Source: Gemmatimonadales bacterium (GTDB lineage Bacteria > Gemmatimonadota > Gemmatimonadetes > Gemmatimonadales > GWC2-71-9). From it: 64,000 nucleotides of DNA. The stretch spans positions 35,793 through 99,792 of the forward strand of contig JBBQFH010000010.1 of the NCBI GenBank assembly GCA_038321865.1. Direction: 5' to 3'. Numbering within the stretch: the stretch's first letter is position 1; the number at the start of each line of letters is the position of its first letter. A program made the position numbers and the translations under genes. Below, piece by piece: positions 31,201 to 43,040 of this stretch. Under the pieces are notes generated by a model. That model ran no database searches. It was given only the letters and a program-made list of their open reading frames with translations, and was not told the DNA's origin.

Positions 31201-31878
31201 TCAGCCGATGGCGCGCAGTCCGAATCCGGGGCGGGTCGATGGCCGCTTCGCGCGCACCGGCTCCGGGACGGGGTCCAGCGCCTGCGCCGCATCCTCCCGA
31301 GGTGCGACCAGGGGCTGGCGCTCGGCGATGCGGGCCAGCGCGCGCTGGAACACGAGCTGTGCGGGCACCGATGCCAGCTCGAAGGCCCGGATATAGTGCA
31401 TGAGGGCTTCGTCGACCGGGAGCACCGGCTGGAGGACTGCGGCCACCTCGAGTGCCATGGTGACGTGGTTGAGACTCACGGCCTCGTCGGACAGCGACGC
31501 CGCGAGGCGGCAGGCAAGGCTGGTCTCCTCGACGAACTGGGCGCGCCGGCGGAGCGCGTCGAGGAGACCGTGGCGGGCCCGGCTGGGGGCGGCCTCTACC
31601 GGATTTTCGCCCTGGTGGGCACGCTCGTCGGGAGTGAGCGTCAGCAGGGCTCTCGCCCGCACCGTCTCCTGCATCTGCATGGGAACCGCGACTTCACGGA
31701 AGTAGCGGTTCATTGCGTCTTCAGTACCCAGGTGCCCGCGGAGGTTCCGGACGAAGACCATCGCCTGCGCTTCGTGGGTGGCGGTCAGCGCTTCCCAGGC
31801 GCGGGCGTAAGCCACCTGGAGCTCGACCCTCATGGACTCGGGAAAGCGGCGCGTCGATATCGAACTGGGAGCGACCAT
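31201..31878 (-). CDS. Hypothetical all-helical protein with internal duplication
   Basis: GGGGG RBS; two ~65-aa similar halves; own terminator. Confidence 0.75.
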   Translation of the reverse strand: MVAPSSISTRRFPESMRVELQVAYARAWEALTATHEAQAMVFVRNLRGHLGTEDAMNRYFREVAVPMQMQETVRARALLTLTPDERAHQGENPVEAAPSRARHGLLDALRRRAQFVEETSLACRLAASLSDEAVSLNHVTMALEVAAVLQPVLPVDEALMHYIRAFELASVPAQLVFQRALARIAERQPLVAPREDAAQALDPVPEPVRAKRPSTRPGFGLRAIG

Positions 31879-31940
31879 CTGAACCCCCGTGCTGGTTGTG
31901 TGCGTCAAATCACAATGCGTTGGCGACCGGATATCCGGAT

Positions 31941-31956
31941 TGCGAGCTTCGTGCCC
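31941..31956 (-). promoter_or_regulatory. Putative sigma54 (-24/-12) promoter
   Basis: GGGCACG-AAGC-TCGCA versus consensus TGGCACG-N4-TTGCW. Confidence 0.5.
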
Positions 31957-32229
31957 GCAGTGTCGGGGTGTCATTGCCGCCCGCCCGGCGGCGCGTAAAG
32001 CTGCCCGGACACTCGGATTACCGGGCGCCACATCTCCCGATTCTGGGTGCTCGGCCGGGAGCCCCGGTAACCCTCTTCGTTCGCGGGGTTGTCGTAGTAG
32101 CGCGCGCGCCGCAGTCCTGGCGCCTCAGGTCTCGTCACACCGTCCCTGACCCGGGCGCCTCTCTTTCATCGGCCCGGCGCAGCCATTAGACTTTCCTGAC
32201 TGTCTCCACCCACGCGCAGGAGCTCCCAG

Positions 32230-34170
<1,941 letters not shown>

Positions 34171-34197
34171 TCGGCGCGCGCGGCACTCCTGGGTTGG

Positions 34198-34231
34198 AAA
34201 AAAGGCCGCCGCGAGCATTCGCGGCGGCCTT
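34198..34231. terminator. Terminator between speA and gltA
   Basis: 13-bp stem AAGGCCGCCGCGA-GCAT-TCGCGGCGGCCTT; A-run gives a U-tract on the minus strand. Confidence 0.8.
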
Positions 34232-34252
34232 CGTCATAGTCACCGGCCGATG

Positions 34253-35536
34253 TCAGCGCTTGTCGATCGCCACGTACGGTCGCTCGTCCTGGCCGGTATA
34301 GATCTGCCGCGGCCGGGCGATCTTCTGCTCCTTGTCCAGCAGCATCTCCTCCCACTGCGCCAGCCAGCCGGGCATGCGTCCCAGCGCAAAGAGCACCGTG
34401 AAGTATTCCGTCGGATAGCCCATCGCCTGATAGATCAGGCCGGAATAGAAGTCGACGTTGGGATACAGCTTCCGCTTGATGAAGTACTCGTCCTCCAGCG
34501 CGATGCGCTCCAGCTCGAGCGCGATGTCGAGTTTCGGGTTGAGTCCCGTCTCACGGAACACATCGTCGGCGACGCGCTTGATCAGCTTGGCGCGCGGGTC
34601 GTACGACTTGTACACCCGGTGGCCGAACCCCATCAGCCGGCCGTTGCCTGCCTTCACGCTCTCGATGAACGCGGGGATGTTCTTCTTGTCGCCGATCTCG
34701 TCGAGCATCTTCAGGACGGCTTCGTTGGCCCCGCCGTGCAGCGGACCGTACAGCGCCGCGATGCCGGCGGAGATCGCGCTGAACGGGTCGACGCCGGATG
34801 ACCCGACGGCGCGAACGGCGCTCGTCGAGCAGTTCTGTTCGTGATCGGCGTGCAGGATCAGGAGGATTTCGAGTGCCCGCTGCAGCACCGGATTCCCCTG
34901 GTGCTGGCCGCCGATGCTGAACGTCATGTTGACGAAGTTGCCGATGTAGCCCAGGTCGTTGCGCGGAAATTCGTATGGCAGCCCGCGGGAGTGCCGGAAC
35001 AGGAACGCGGCAATCGTCGGGATCTTGGCCATCAGCCGGACCCGCTGGAGGTAGCGGTTCGCGGGGTCGTGGATGTCCTTGGCGTCGGGATAGAACGTGG
35101 AAAGCGCGCCGACGACGCCGAGCAGCATGCCCATCGGGTGGGCGTCGTAGCGGAATCCTTCGAGAAACTTGATGATGTTGGTGTGGACGTAGGTGTGGTA
35201 CGTGATGTCCTTCTCCCACTTCTCGAGCTGCGCCTGGTTGGGCAACTCACCCTCGGACAGCAGGTACGCCACCTCGAGGAACGACGCCTTGTCGGCGATC
35301 TGCTCGATCGGATAGCCCCGGTAACGCAGGATCCCCTTGTCGCCGTCGATGAAGGTGATCGCGCTGCGGCACGCCGCTGTGTTCGTGAAGGCCGGATCGT
35401 AGGTCATCAGGCCGAAATCGTCGGCGCCGACCTTCACCTGACTGAGATCCATGGCCTTGATGGTGCCGTCGGTCACCGGTACCTCGTACGACTGACCGGT
35501 GCGATTGTCCATGATCGAGAGAGTATCTTTGGCCAC
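34253..35536 (-). CDS. gltA: Citrate synthase
   Basis: LHADHEQNCST, GPLHGGANE, GFGHRVYKSYDPRA, YPNVDFYSG. Confidence 0.98.
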   Translation of the reverse strand: MAKDTLSIMDNRTGQSYEVPVTDGTIKAMDLSQVKVGADDFGLMTYDPAFTNTAACRSAITFIDGDKGILRYRGYPIEQIADKASFLEVAYLLSEGELPNQAQLEKWEKDITYHTYVHTNIIKFLEGFRYDAHPMGMLLGVVGALSTFYPDAKDIHDPANRYLQRVRLMAKIPTIAAFLFRHSRGLPYEFPRNDLGYIGNFVNMTFSIGGQHQGNPVLQRALEILLILHADHEQNCSTSAVRAVGSSGVDPFSAISAGIAALYGPLHGGANEAVLKMLDEIGDKKNIPAFIESVKAGNGRLMGFGHRVYKSYDPRAKLIKRVADDVFRETGLNPKLDIALELERIALEDEYFIKRKLYPNVDFYSGLIYQAMGYPTEYFTVLFALGRMPGWLAQWEEMLLDKEQKIARPRQIYTGQDERPYVAIDKR

Positions 35537-35608
35537 GACGGATCCTTGTGCTCACGCGGGAAATACCGAACGCCGCTGCTGCGGCAAAAAGATAGTCGGG
35601 AGCCAATC

Positions 35609-36439
35609 GTGGTCAAACCGGTGCCGACGCCTGGCGCGCGCGCGGCCGGCGCGCTGATCGGACACGCAGCCGGAAACGCGATGGCGCAGCCCGGCGGCGC
35701 ATCCCCGGAGTCGCCGTGGCATGCGGAGGTCGTATTCTCGGTGATCCTCGGCGAGGAGCTGCTGGCCTCGCCGGTGGATCTGCGCCGCATCGCCGGCCGG
35801 TGGGCGGAATGGGCTCGTCGCGACGGACGCGGGCTGGGCGACTGGACGCGAGAGGCGCTGCGGGCGTTCGAGGCCCAGGGCGCACCGGTGGAACGCATCG
35901 GCACCATGGAGGGTGCGGGGGCCGTCACGTGGTGCCTGCCGATCGCGATTGCCGCGCTCGCGTCCCCGCGGAACCTGGTGAGCGGGACTTACCACATCGC
36001 GGCACTGACGCATCCCGATCCGGTCACCGCGTGGGCAGCGGTGGTGGTCAACGTCGCGGCGGCGCGCCTCCTCTCGGGCTACCGTGACTTCGTGCCGGAT
36101 GTGCTGGAAATGCTCCGCGCCAACGAGGGGCCCGCCGTGCTCGTCGAGGGGGTACGGCGGGTCCCGCTGATCCGTCGCGATGCTCTGCGCACGGCCGACG
36201 GACCGCTCGACGCCGTGGCCATCGCCGAGGTTGTGCTCTGGCTGGCGCATCACGAGCCCAGACTCGACCGGGCCCTCGACTGGCTCGAGACAGCCGGCCT
36301 GGGCGGCGCGGCCGCGTTGGCTGGCGGCCTGCTGGGTGCGCGGGATGGCGCGGCGGCGATTCCCGCCGCGCGATTGAGCGCCGTCCACGACGCCGCCGGA
36401 CTCCGGCATCTCGCCGGCCATCTGATCGGGGAGGCGTGA
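35609..36439 (+). CDS. ADP-ribosylglycohydrolase-fold protein, catalytically degenerate
   Basis: GALIGHAAGNA, GRGLGDWT, ALTHPDP, AALAGGLLGARDG..AIP framework, but the TDD and DxD motifs are absent. Confidence 0.7.
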   Translation: MVKPVPTPGARAAGALIGHAAGNAMAQPGGASPESPWHAEVVFSVILGEELLASPVDLRRIAGRWAEWARRDGRGLGDWTREALRAFEAQGAPVERIGTMEGAGAVTWCLPIAIAALASPRNLVSGTYHIAALTHPDPVTAWAAVVVNVAAARLLSGYRDFVPDVLEMLRANEGPAVLVEGVRRVPLIRRDALRTADGPLDAVAIAEVVLWLAHHEPRLDRALDWLETAGLGGAAALAGGLLGARDGAAAIPAARLSAVHDAAGLRHLAGHLIGEA

Positions 36440-36519
36440 CGACGGCACCCACGCATTGCGACCAGCGGCCCTGCACGGCAGATTCCGATGCCGTTCCCAT
36501 CCCAATCCGCGAGTGAGCC

Positions 36520-38031
36520 ATGTTCAAATCTGTCGTCTGCGCCGCCCTTTGCCTCGCCGCTCCGCTGGCCGCCCAGACCGGCGTGGACACCACCGGCACC
36601 GCTGCCGTCATCCGGCAGGCGACCGAGCACTCGGAGGTCATGAAGAACCTCGAGTACCTGGCCGACGTCATCGGACCACGCCTGACCGGTTCCGCCGCGA
36701 TGCGGCGGGCCAATGACTGGACGGCGGAACGTTTCAAGGTCTACGGCCTGACCGCCGCGATCGAGCCCTGGGATTTCGGCGTGACCTGGGAACGGGGCAC
36801 CGTTAGCGCGCGGCTGATCTCGCCCTTCCCGCGCGGCGTCACGGCGCAGAGCTGGGCCTGGACGGCGGGGAACGGCGGCAAGCCCTCGGCCGGCCCCGTG
36901 GTGCGGGTCAACGTCTCGTCGGCCGAGAGCCTTGCGGTGTATCGCGGCCGGATGAAGGGTGCGTGGCTGCTCACAGGGGCGCCTGGCACCATCTGGAATC
37001 CGGACGCGCCGCCGATGAGCGCCGCCGATTCCGCCGCGTTGCGGGCTCGCTTCCAGAATCCCAATCGGGCGCCGCAGGATACGTCGGCAGCAGCGGTGGC
37101 TCGCCGGAGGCAGTTCCAGACCGATCTGCCCTATCTGCTGAAGCAGGCCGGCGCGCTCGGCCGCCTCACCGACGGCGGCAAGGAACAGGGCCTGATGAAC
37201 ATGAGCGGGTCACCGTACGCGGTGTCCCCGCTGCCCAATCTGGTCATCGCGCACGAGGACTACGCCCAGCTCGCCCGGCTGATCGAGAACGGGGTCACGC
37301 CGCGCTTCAAAGCCGCCATCAGCAACGTCCTGGGCACGAAACCCGTTCAGCAGTACAACACCGTCGCCGAGATCCGGGGAAGCGAAAAGCCGGGCCAGGT
37401 CGTCATCCTGGGCGCGCATCTCGACAGCTGGGACCTTGGCACCGGTACGACCGACAACGGCACCGGTTCGATGGTCGTGCTCGAGGCCGCCCGGGCGATC
37501 GCGCAATCCGGCCTGAAGCCGAAGCGGACGATCCGTTTCATCCTGTTCAGCGGAGAAGAGGAAGGGCTGTTGGGTTCGGCGGCCTATGCCGCACAGCATG
37601 CCGCGAGCGCGGACAGCGTTCAGGCCGTCCTGGTGCTCGACAACGGGACCGGCATGATCACGGGGCAGGCGCTGCAGGGACGGAACGACGACGAACAGCT
37701 CTGGAAGGATCTGCTCGCGCCGGTCGCGTCACTTGGCGCGAAGAACGTGCGGCAGGGCAACAAGGGCGGGACCGACCATCTGTCCTTCATTCCCTACGGC
37801 GTGCCTGGCTGGAACTTCGACCAGGAATCCCGCGGTTACAACCACACGCACCATTCACAGGTTGATACCTACGATCATGCCGTCGCCAGCGACCTGGTCC
37901 AGGCCTCGGCGGTCATGGCTGCTACCGCCTTCGAGCTGGCGAACCACCCGTCGCTCCTGCCGCGCGGCGCGAAGACGCCCGTGACGCCGCGGACGATTAC
38001 GAAGCCGTCTGCGGGCCTGGCGTCGAAATAG
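36520..38031 (+). CDS. Secreted M28 family peptidase (carboxypeptidase Q-like)
   Basis: IGPRLTGS, GAHLDSWD, DNGTG, GEEEGL, TDH, HHSQVD. Confidence 0.92.
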   Translation: MFKSVVCAALCLAAPLAAQTGVDTTGTAAVIRQATEHSEVMKNLEYLADVIGPRLTGSAAMRRANDWTAERFKVYGLTAAIEPWDFGVTWERGTVSARLISPFPRGVTAQSWAWTAGNGGKPSAGPVVRVNVSSAESLAVYRGRMKGAWLLTGAPGTIWNPDAPPMSAADSAALRARFQNPNRAPQDTSAAAVARRRQFQTDLPYLLKQAGALGRLTDGGKEQGLMNMSGSPYAVSPLPNLVIAHEDYAQLARLIENGVTPRFKAAISNVLGTKPVQQYNTVAEIRGSEKPGQVVILGAHLDSWDLGTGTTDNGTGSMVVLEAARAIAQSGLKPKRTIRFILFSGEEEGLLGSAAYAAQHAASADSVQAVLVLDNGTGMITGQALQGRNDDEQLWKDLLAPVASLGAKNVRQGNKGGTDHLSFIPYGVPGWNFDQESRGYNHTHHSQVDTYDHAVASDLVQASAVMAATAFELANHPSLLPRGAKTPVTPRTITKPSAGLASK

Positions 38032-38416
38032 CCGCCGGGAGCGCCACGGTGCAGGTGGTGTCGAAGCCGCCGCGTATGTTGTACACCGTCGTCACCGCGA
38101 GCTGTGTCGGCTGGAGCACTTTCCACAGGTCTTCGGCAATGCGGGCCGTGGCGTGCTCCTGGAAGATGCCGACGTTCCGGTAGCTGGTGACGTAGTACTT
38201 GAGACTCTTCAGCTCGATGCACCGATCCGACGGCGTGTACTCGATCCGCAGCACCGCAAAATCGGGGAGGCCGCTGTAGGGGCAGACGGCGCTGAATTCC
38301 TTCGTCTCCGTCAGGATCCGCTGTTCGGGACCCTCGTATCCGAACGTCTCCAGCACCCCGACATCGATCTCTTCAGGGCCGCTGAACGATAGCATGCGGC
38401 CTTCGGCGATAGCCAT
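37997..38416 (-). CDS. queF: preQ0 reductase (unimodular QueF)
   Basis: EFSAVCPYSGLPDF, IELKSLKYY, QEH, RGG. Confidence 0.92.
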   Translation of the reverse strand: MAIAEGRMLSFSGPEEIDVGVLETFGYEGPEQRILTETKEFSAVCPYSGLPDFAVLRIEYTPSDRCIELKSLKYYVTSYRNVGIFQEHATARIAEDLWKVLQPTQLAVTTVYNIRGGFDTTCTVALPAAISTPGPQTAS

Positions 38417-38457
38417 ACAGTCTCTCCTGAAGCGGACAGGTCCAGCCCGTCTCAATA

Positions 38458-40317
38458 CTACAACCCCTCGACCATTCCGCGCTCCAGCCACGTATGCTCG
38501 TCGCGCAGCACCTGCTGTGCCACCTTGTAGGTTGCCACGTCGTCATTGTCGAACACCCGCGCGAACCGCTCCCGGATGCGGCGCTTGGCCTGGCGGCTGA
38601 ACACGTCGGCCAGGATCACAGGTCCGCGGTTCGACGGATCCTTCCGGACCATCGCCTGCGCGCGCGCGCAGGCGGCCGAGATGGCCAGCAGCTCCGCGCC
38701 GATCTCGACCAGCCGGCCGAGCACCGCCTGGCGCTTTTCGAGCTTGGGCCCGAAGCGGATCATGCAGTGGAACAGCGTCCGCGCCAGCTTCTTGGACGCC
38801 CGGTTAGCGAACCGGAGGTGCTTCGCGAGCGGCCCGAACTCGGAGTAGGTCGGCACAGCGCCCAATCCGAGCCACAGCTTCGGGTACCAGAATGCGTAGT
38901 AGGCGCCCGACTTCACCAGCGCGTGGATCTTCTTCCCGGTCGGCGCCTTCGGATCGATCAGGTCGCCTGCCAGCTTCAGGTGGGTGTCCACCGCCTCCCG
39001 GGCGATGAACAGGCGCATGATCTCGCTCGAGCCTTCGAAGATCAGGTTGATCCGCATGTCTCGCAGGATGCGCTCCACGGGATCCGGCACCTCGCCGCGG
39101 CTCCGAAGGCTGTCGGCAGTCTCGTACCCGCGTCCGCCCTTGATCTGCAGCGTGTCGTCGGCGATGCGCCATCCGGCCTCGGTGTTCCACATCTTCGCCA
39201 TCGCGGCCTCGAGGCGGATGTCATAGCCGCCGCGATCGGCCATGCCCGACGCCAGGTCGGAAACGGCCTCCATCGCGAACACCTCTGCGGCCATGCGGCC
39301 GAGCTTCTGCGCCACGGCGTCATGCTTGCCGATAGCGGCGCCCCACTGCACGCGCGTCGCGGCCCACTTGCGGCAGATCTCCAGGCACCGCTTGCCGGCA
39401 ACGGCGCAGGAGGCCGGCAGCGTCAGCCGCCCGGTATTGAGCGTGATCAGCGCCAGCTTGAGTCCCTTGCCTTCACCCCACAATACGTTCTCGGCCGGAA
39501 CCTTCACATTGGTGAAGCGCACGATCCCGTTTTCGAGCGCGCGAAGGCCCATGAAGTGAAGCCGCTGTACGATCTCGACTCCCGGCCAGTCGGCCTCGAC
39601 GATGAAGGCCGTGATCCGTTTCGGCCCGGTGCGCGCCATGACGACGATCAGCTCGGCGATGGTGCCGTTGGTGCACCAGAGCTTCTCGCCGTTGAGGATG
39701 TAGTGGGTGCCGTCGGCCGACAGTTCGGCGTGCGTGGACAGTCCCGCGGGATCCGAGCCGACGTTCTGCTCGGTGAGCGCGAACGCCGACACCGCGCCGC
39801 GTGCCAGCCGCGGGAAATACTTCTGCTTCTGCTCCGGGGTCCCGAACAGCTTGAGGGGCTGCGGCAGGCCGATCGACTGGCTGGCGGAAAGCAGCGCGGT
39901 GACGTTCCCGTCCTGGCTCGTTACCATCCCGATCGCGTGGGTATAACTGGTCTGGCTGAGGCCAAGCCCGCCGTATTCCTCCGGGATCTTGATGCCGAAC
40001 GCGCCGATCTCGCCGAGCCCCTTGACGACTTCAGGGGGGATCTTGCCCTCCCGGTCTATCCGGTCGCTGTCGACGTTCTCCCGCATGAACTTCCCGAGCC
40101 GCTCCATGAACGGTCGCGCCCGCTCGACTTCGGCCGGGTCGAGCTCGGGGAAGGGGTGCACCAGATCGAGCCGGAAACGCCCCTCGAACAGCTCCCGCAC
40201 GAAGCTCGGCGACTCCCAGGTCGTCTCGCGCGCCGCCTCGGCGACCTCGCGAGCCTCCTGCTCGGTCGCGAGCGGCTCGTGATGCCGGTGATCGGGTCGG
40301 GCGATGACGTCGGTCAT
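38458..40317 (-). CDS. Acyl-CoA dehydrogenase (long, VLCAD-like)
   Basis: AFALTEQNVGSD, NGEKLWCTNG, QIKGGRGY, RINLIFEGSSEI. Confidence 0.94.
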   Translation of the reverse strand: MTDVIARPDHRHHEPLATEQEAREVAEAARETTWESPSFVRELFEGRFRLDLVHPFPELDPAEVERARPFMERLGKFMRENVDSDRIDREGKIPPEVVKGLGEIGAFGIKIPEEYGGLGLSQTSYTHAIGMVTSQDGNVTALLSASQSIGLPQPLKLFGTPEQKQKYFPRLARGAVSAFALTEQNVGSDPAGLSTHAELSADGTHYILNGEKLWCTNGTIAELIVVMARTGPKRITAFIVEADWPGVEIVQRLHFMGLRALENGIVRFTNVKVPAENVLWGEGKGLKLALITLNTGRLTLPASCAVAGKRCLEICRKWAATRVQWGAAIGKHDAVAQKLGRMAAEVFAMEAVSDLASGMADRGGYDIRLEAAMAKMWNTEAGWRIADDTLQIKGGRGYETADSLRSRGEVPDPVERILRDMRINLIFEGSSEIMRLFIAREAVDTHLKLAGDLIDPKAPTGKKIHALVKSGAYYAFWYPKLWLGLGAVPTYSEFGPLAKHLRFANRASKKLARTLFHCMIRFGPKLEKRQAVLGRLVEIGAELLAISAACARAQAMVRKDPSNRGPVILADVFSRQAKRRIRERFARVFDNDDVATYKVAQQVLRDEHTWLERGMVEGL

Positions 40318-40338
40318 GACGAGGTCCGGTTGAAAGGA

Positions 40339-40986
40339 TCAGCGCTGCTCGGCATACAGGCCTCGCAGTCCGTGCATCACGAGCGAGATCACGTGCTGCT
40401 TGCGCAGCGCAAGCGCGCCCGACGATCCGAGGTCCACACCGACCGCGGGGGCCACCGTCGCCGCGTGGACCACCGGGAACCAGCAGAGCGAGATGATGCT
40501 GAGGAGCAGCTGGGCCGCGTCGCCTGACGGCGTGGGGTCGAGGCCGAGCTCGGCGGCAATCGCGCCGAGCGCTTCCTGCCCGGCGGACAACCGGGGCGCA
40601 CCGTCACGCTGGACCGCGCCGCCGCTCAGCGCTTCGCGCTCGATGAGGCGGACGAAATTGGGTCGGGCCGACAGAAAGTCGAAGTAGTCGGACACCGCGC
40701 CCTGCAGAATGGCTTCAGTCGTGTGCGAACCCGACTGCGCGCGCTCGCGCCCGCCGCGGACGGCGTCGCGCACGTCCTCGAAGCAGCGGTCGAGCACCGC
40801 CCGATACAGCTCCGACTTGGCGCCGAAGAAGTAACCAGGCGTGCCCCGCGATACGCCTGCGCGAAGGCCGACTTCCGCCAGACTGGTCGCCTCGTAGCCG
40901 TGTTCCGCGAACAGTTGCTCGGCGGCGTCGAGGATCGCGGCCCGGCTGCGTTCGGGGTGGCGTTCCCGTTCTCGACTGGCTGCCAT
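40339..40986 (-). CDS. TetR family regulator
   Basis: ILDAAEQLFAEHGYEATS..AGVS..YFFGAK; GGAGG RBS. Confidence 0.93.
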   Translation of the reverse strand: MAASRERERHPERSRAAILDAAEQLFAEHGYEATSLAEVGLRAGVSRGTPGYFFGAKSELYRAVLDRCFEDVRDAVRGGRERAQSGSHTTEAILQGAVSDYFDFLSARPNFVRLIEREALSGGAVQRDGAPRLSAGQEALGAIAAELGLDPTPSGDAAQLLLSIISLCWFPVVHAATVAPAVGVDLGSSGALALRKQHVISLVMHGLRGLYAEQR

Positions 40987-41010
40987 TGTCCGGACCTCCC
41001 TGTTGGCTTG

Positions 41011-41053
41011 CTTGCTGGATAGCAAGTATGTTGCACTGAATCGGTCCGGTCAA
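41011..41053 (-). promoter_or_regulatory. tetR promoter with overlapping palindromic operator
   Basis: TTGACC-N17-CATACT on the minus strand; CTTGCT-GGAT-AGCAAG at 41011-41026. Confidence 0.6.
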
Positions 41054-41147
41054 GGGCGGCCAGGTTCTACCCCGGCCTTGACCCTCGTGCCGGCAGGGTA
41101 AGTTTTCCAGGTCGCGGGGCGCGTCGTCCCGTGTGAGGAGATCGCGT

Positions 41148-43040
41148 TTGACCATGCTCGTGTGCTCGTCCTGTGACGCGGCGGTGTCCGCCGATGCAGG
41201 CTGCTGTCCCCATTGCGGCCCCGATGGCCCGCCGCTCCTGCTCCGGGACGAGCCGGCCGGATGGGCGCACACCGGCGATCCGGCCATGGCCGAGCGGCTC
41301 GGGCGCGCCCTGGGCCCGGACTATGATGTCCGCCGGTTCCTCGGCCGGGGCGGCTTCGCCGAGGTGTACGAGGTACAGGACCGCGACCTCCAGCGCCGGC
41401 TCGCCGTCAAGGTGCTTCGTCCGGACATGGTCTGGTCGGGCGGAGTGCTCGCGCGGTTCAAGCAGGAGGCGCGCGCCATCGCCCGCCTCAATCATCCCAA
41501 CACGGTGCCCATCCATTTTGTCGGGGAAGGCGAAGGGCTCGTGTTCTACGCGATGCCGTTCATCGAGGGACAGTCGCTCGGCGACCTGCTCCGCGTGGAA
41601 GGCGCGCTCGACGCGGAGCGCACCATCGCCATCGCGGTGCCCATCCTCGAGGCGCTCGACTACGCGCACCGGCAGGGACTGGTGCATCGCGATATCAAGC
41701 CGGACAACATTCTGGTCGAGTCCGGCACCGGCCGCGCGCTGCTGGTGGATTTCGGGATCGCCAAGAGCGTCGATGGCGGGAACATCCATGATACCCAGAG
41801 CGGGTTCGTCGTCGGCACGCCGCATTACATGGCACCCGAGCAGGCGCTGGGACACCCCAACGTGGACGCGCGCGCCGATCTCTACGCGATGGGGGCCGTT
41901 CTCTTCCAGATGCTCACCGGCGGGCCCCCGTTCGAGGGCGCCACGTCACAGGAGATCGTGAGCCGGCACCTGACCGAGCCGGTGCCGCCTCCGGTCGCCC
42001 GGAACGTGCGCATTCCGCCGTGGCTGTCGGACGTAATCGTGCGCTGCATGGCGAAGCGTCCCGCGGAGCGATACCAGTCAGCAGCTGAAGTCCTGACCGC
42101 GCTCCGGCAGTCGCCCGAGCCCGCGCAGCGCGACGCCATCACCGCTTCTCGCGTGGCCGCCGCGCTGGGGCGGGATGCGCCCACGATCGAGATGGACCCT
42201 GCCGACGCGCCGGCCGCGCCGAAACCGCGGGCCCGCCCGTGGGGATGGGCGGCGGCGATCGCGGCGACGGGGCTGCTGATTGCCGGCGGCGCCTGGGTGA
42301 CCCGCGAGCCGGCGACCCTCGTGATGCTCAACCGGCTGGTGGAGCCCGTGCTCGTAACGGTGGCCGGTGTCGATCGCCTGGTGCCACCGGGGGACAGCCT
42401 GCGGATGCCGTTGCGGCGCGGCGCGGCGCTGGACGCGGCCTGGCATGTTGTGCGGCCGCGCTCGGGTGCCGGAGCCGAACTGGGGCTGATGCTGCGCGGG
42501 ACGATTCGCGATGACGATCCGCACGGGGAGATTCGCCGGAGCGTTGACCTGTGGACACTGGGCCGGTCCTACGTCGCACCGGTCGTGATCAACGAAACCG
42601 GTGGGCCGCTCCGGGTCACCATCCGCGATGAACGCGGGGCGGGGCTCGACTGCGACTGCACCGTAGCGGCCGGCGCCACGATGGCGCTGGGGTATCATGA
42701 CCCGGCACGGATCGCCTCCATCGAGTTCACCGACCTCGGTGGGCGTTCTGCGCGGGTCTCGCCGCTGGCGTCGCGCGCGGACCGCACATCAGGCGCCGCG
42801 GACATTCGCCTGGCGGCGGTGGACTTCGCCACCGACCCGGTGATGGCGCTGCGTCGGCGGCGCGTGCTCCCGCTCATCGAGCTGCCGGCGCCGCGCGCCG
42901 AGCCGATTGCCGACTCACTGCTTCTGCTCGCGGCGGACAGCGGGCGTGCGGCGGCCCGTCCCGCCGCCGCGGTACCGGCACGCACCGCGCCTTCACCCGT
43001 TCGCTCCGACCCTCTGCGCGGGACCGTGACCAATCACTGA
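41148..43040 (+). CDS. Zinc-ribbon transmembrane Ser/Thr kinase (active)
   Basis: CxxC-x10-CxxC; GRGGFA, LAVK, HRDIKPDN, DFG, APE; one TM; extracellular domain. Start at TTG 41148 or ATG 41154. Confidence 0.92.
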   Translation: MTMLVCSSCDAAVSADAGCCPHCGPDGPPLLLRDEPAGWAHTGDPAMAERLGRALGPDYDVRRFLGRGGFAEVYEVQDRDLQRRLAVKVLRPDMVWSGGVLARFKQEARAIARLNHPNTVPIHFVGEGEGLVFYAMPFIEGQSLGDLLRVEGALDAERTIAIAVPILEALDYAHRQGLVHRDIKPDNILVESGTGRALLVDFGIAKSVDGGNIHDTQSGFVVGTPHYMAPEQALGHPNVDARADLYAMGAVLFQMLTGGPPFEGATSQEIVSRHLTEPVPPPVARNVRIPPWLSDVIVRCMAKRPAERYQSAAEVLTALRQSPEPAQRDAITASRVAAALGRDAPTIEMDPADAPAAPKPRARPWGWAAAIAATGLLIAGGAWVTREPATLVMLNRLVEPVLVTVAGVDRLVPPGDSLRMPLRRGAALDAAWHVVRPRSGAGAELGLMLRGTIRDDDPHGEIRRSVDLWTLGRSYVAPVVINETGGPLRVTIRDERGAGLDCDCTVAAGATMALGYHDPARIASIEFTDLGGRSARVSPLASRADRTSGAADIRLAAVDFATDPVMALRRRRVLPLIELPAPRAEPIADSLLLLAADSGRAAARPAAAVPARTAPSPVRSDPLRGTVTNH

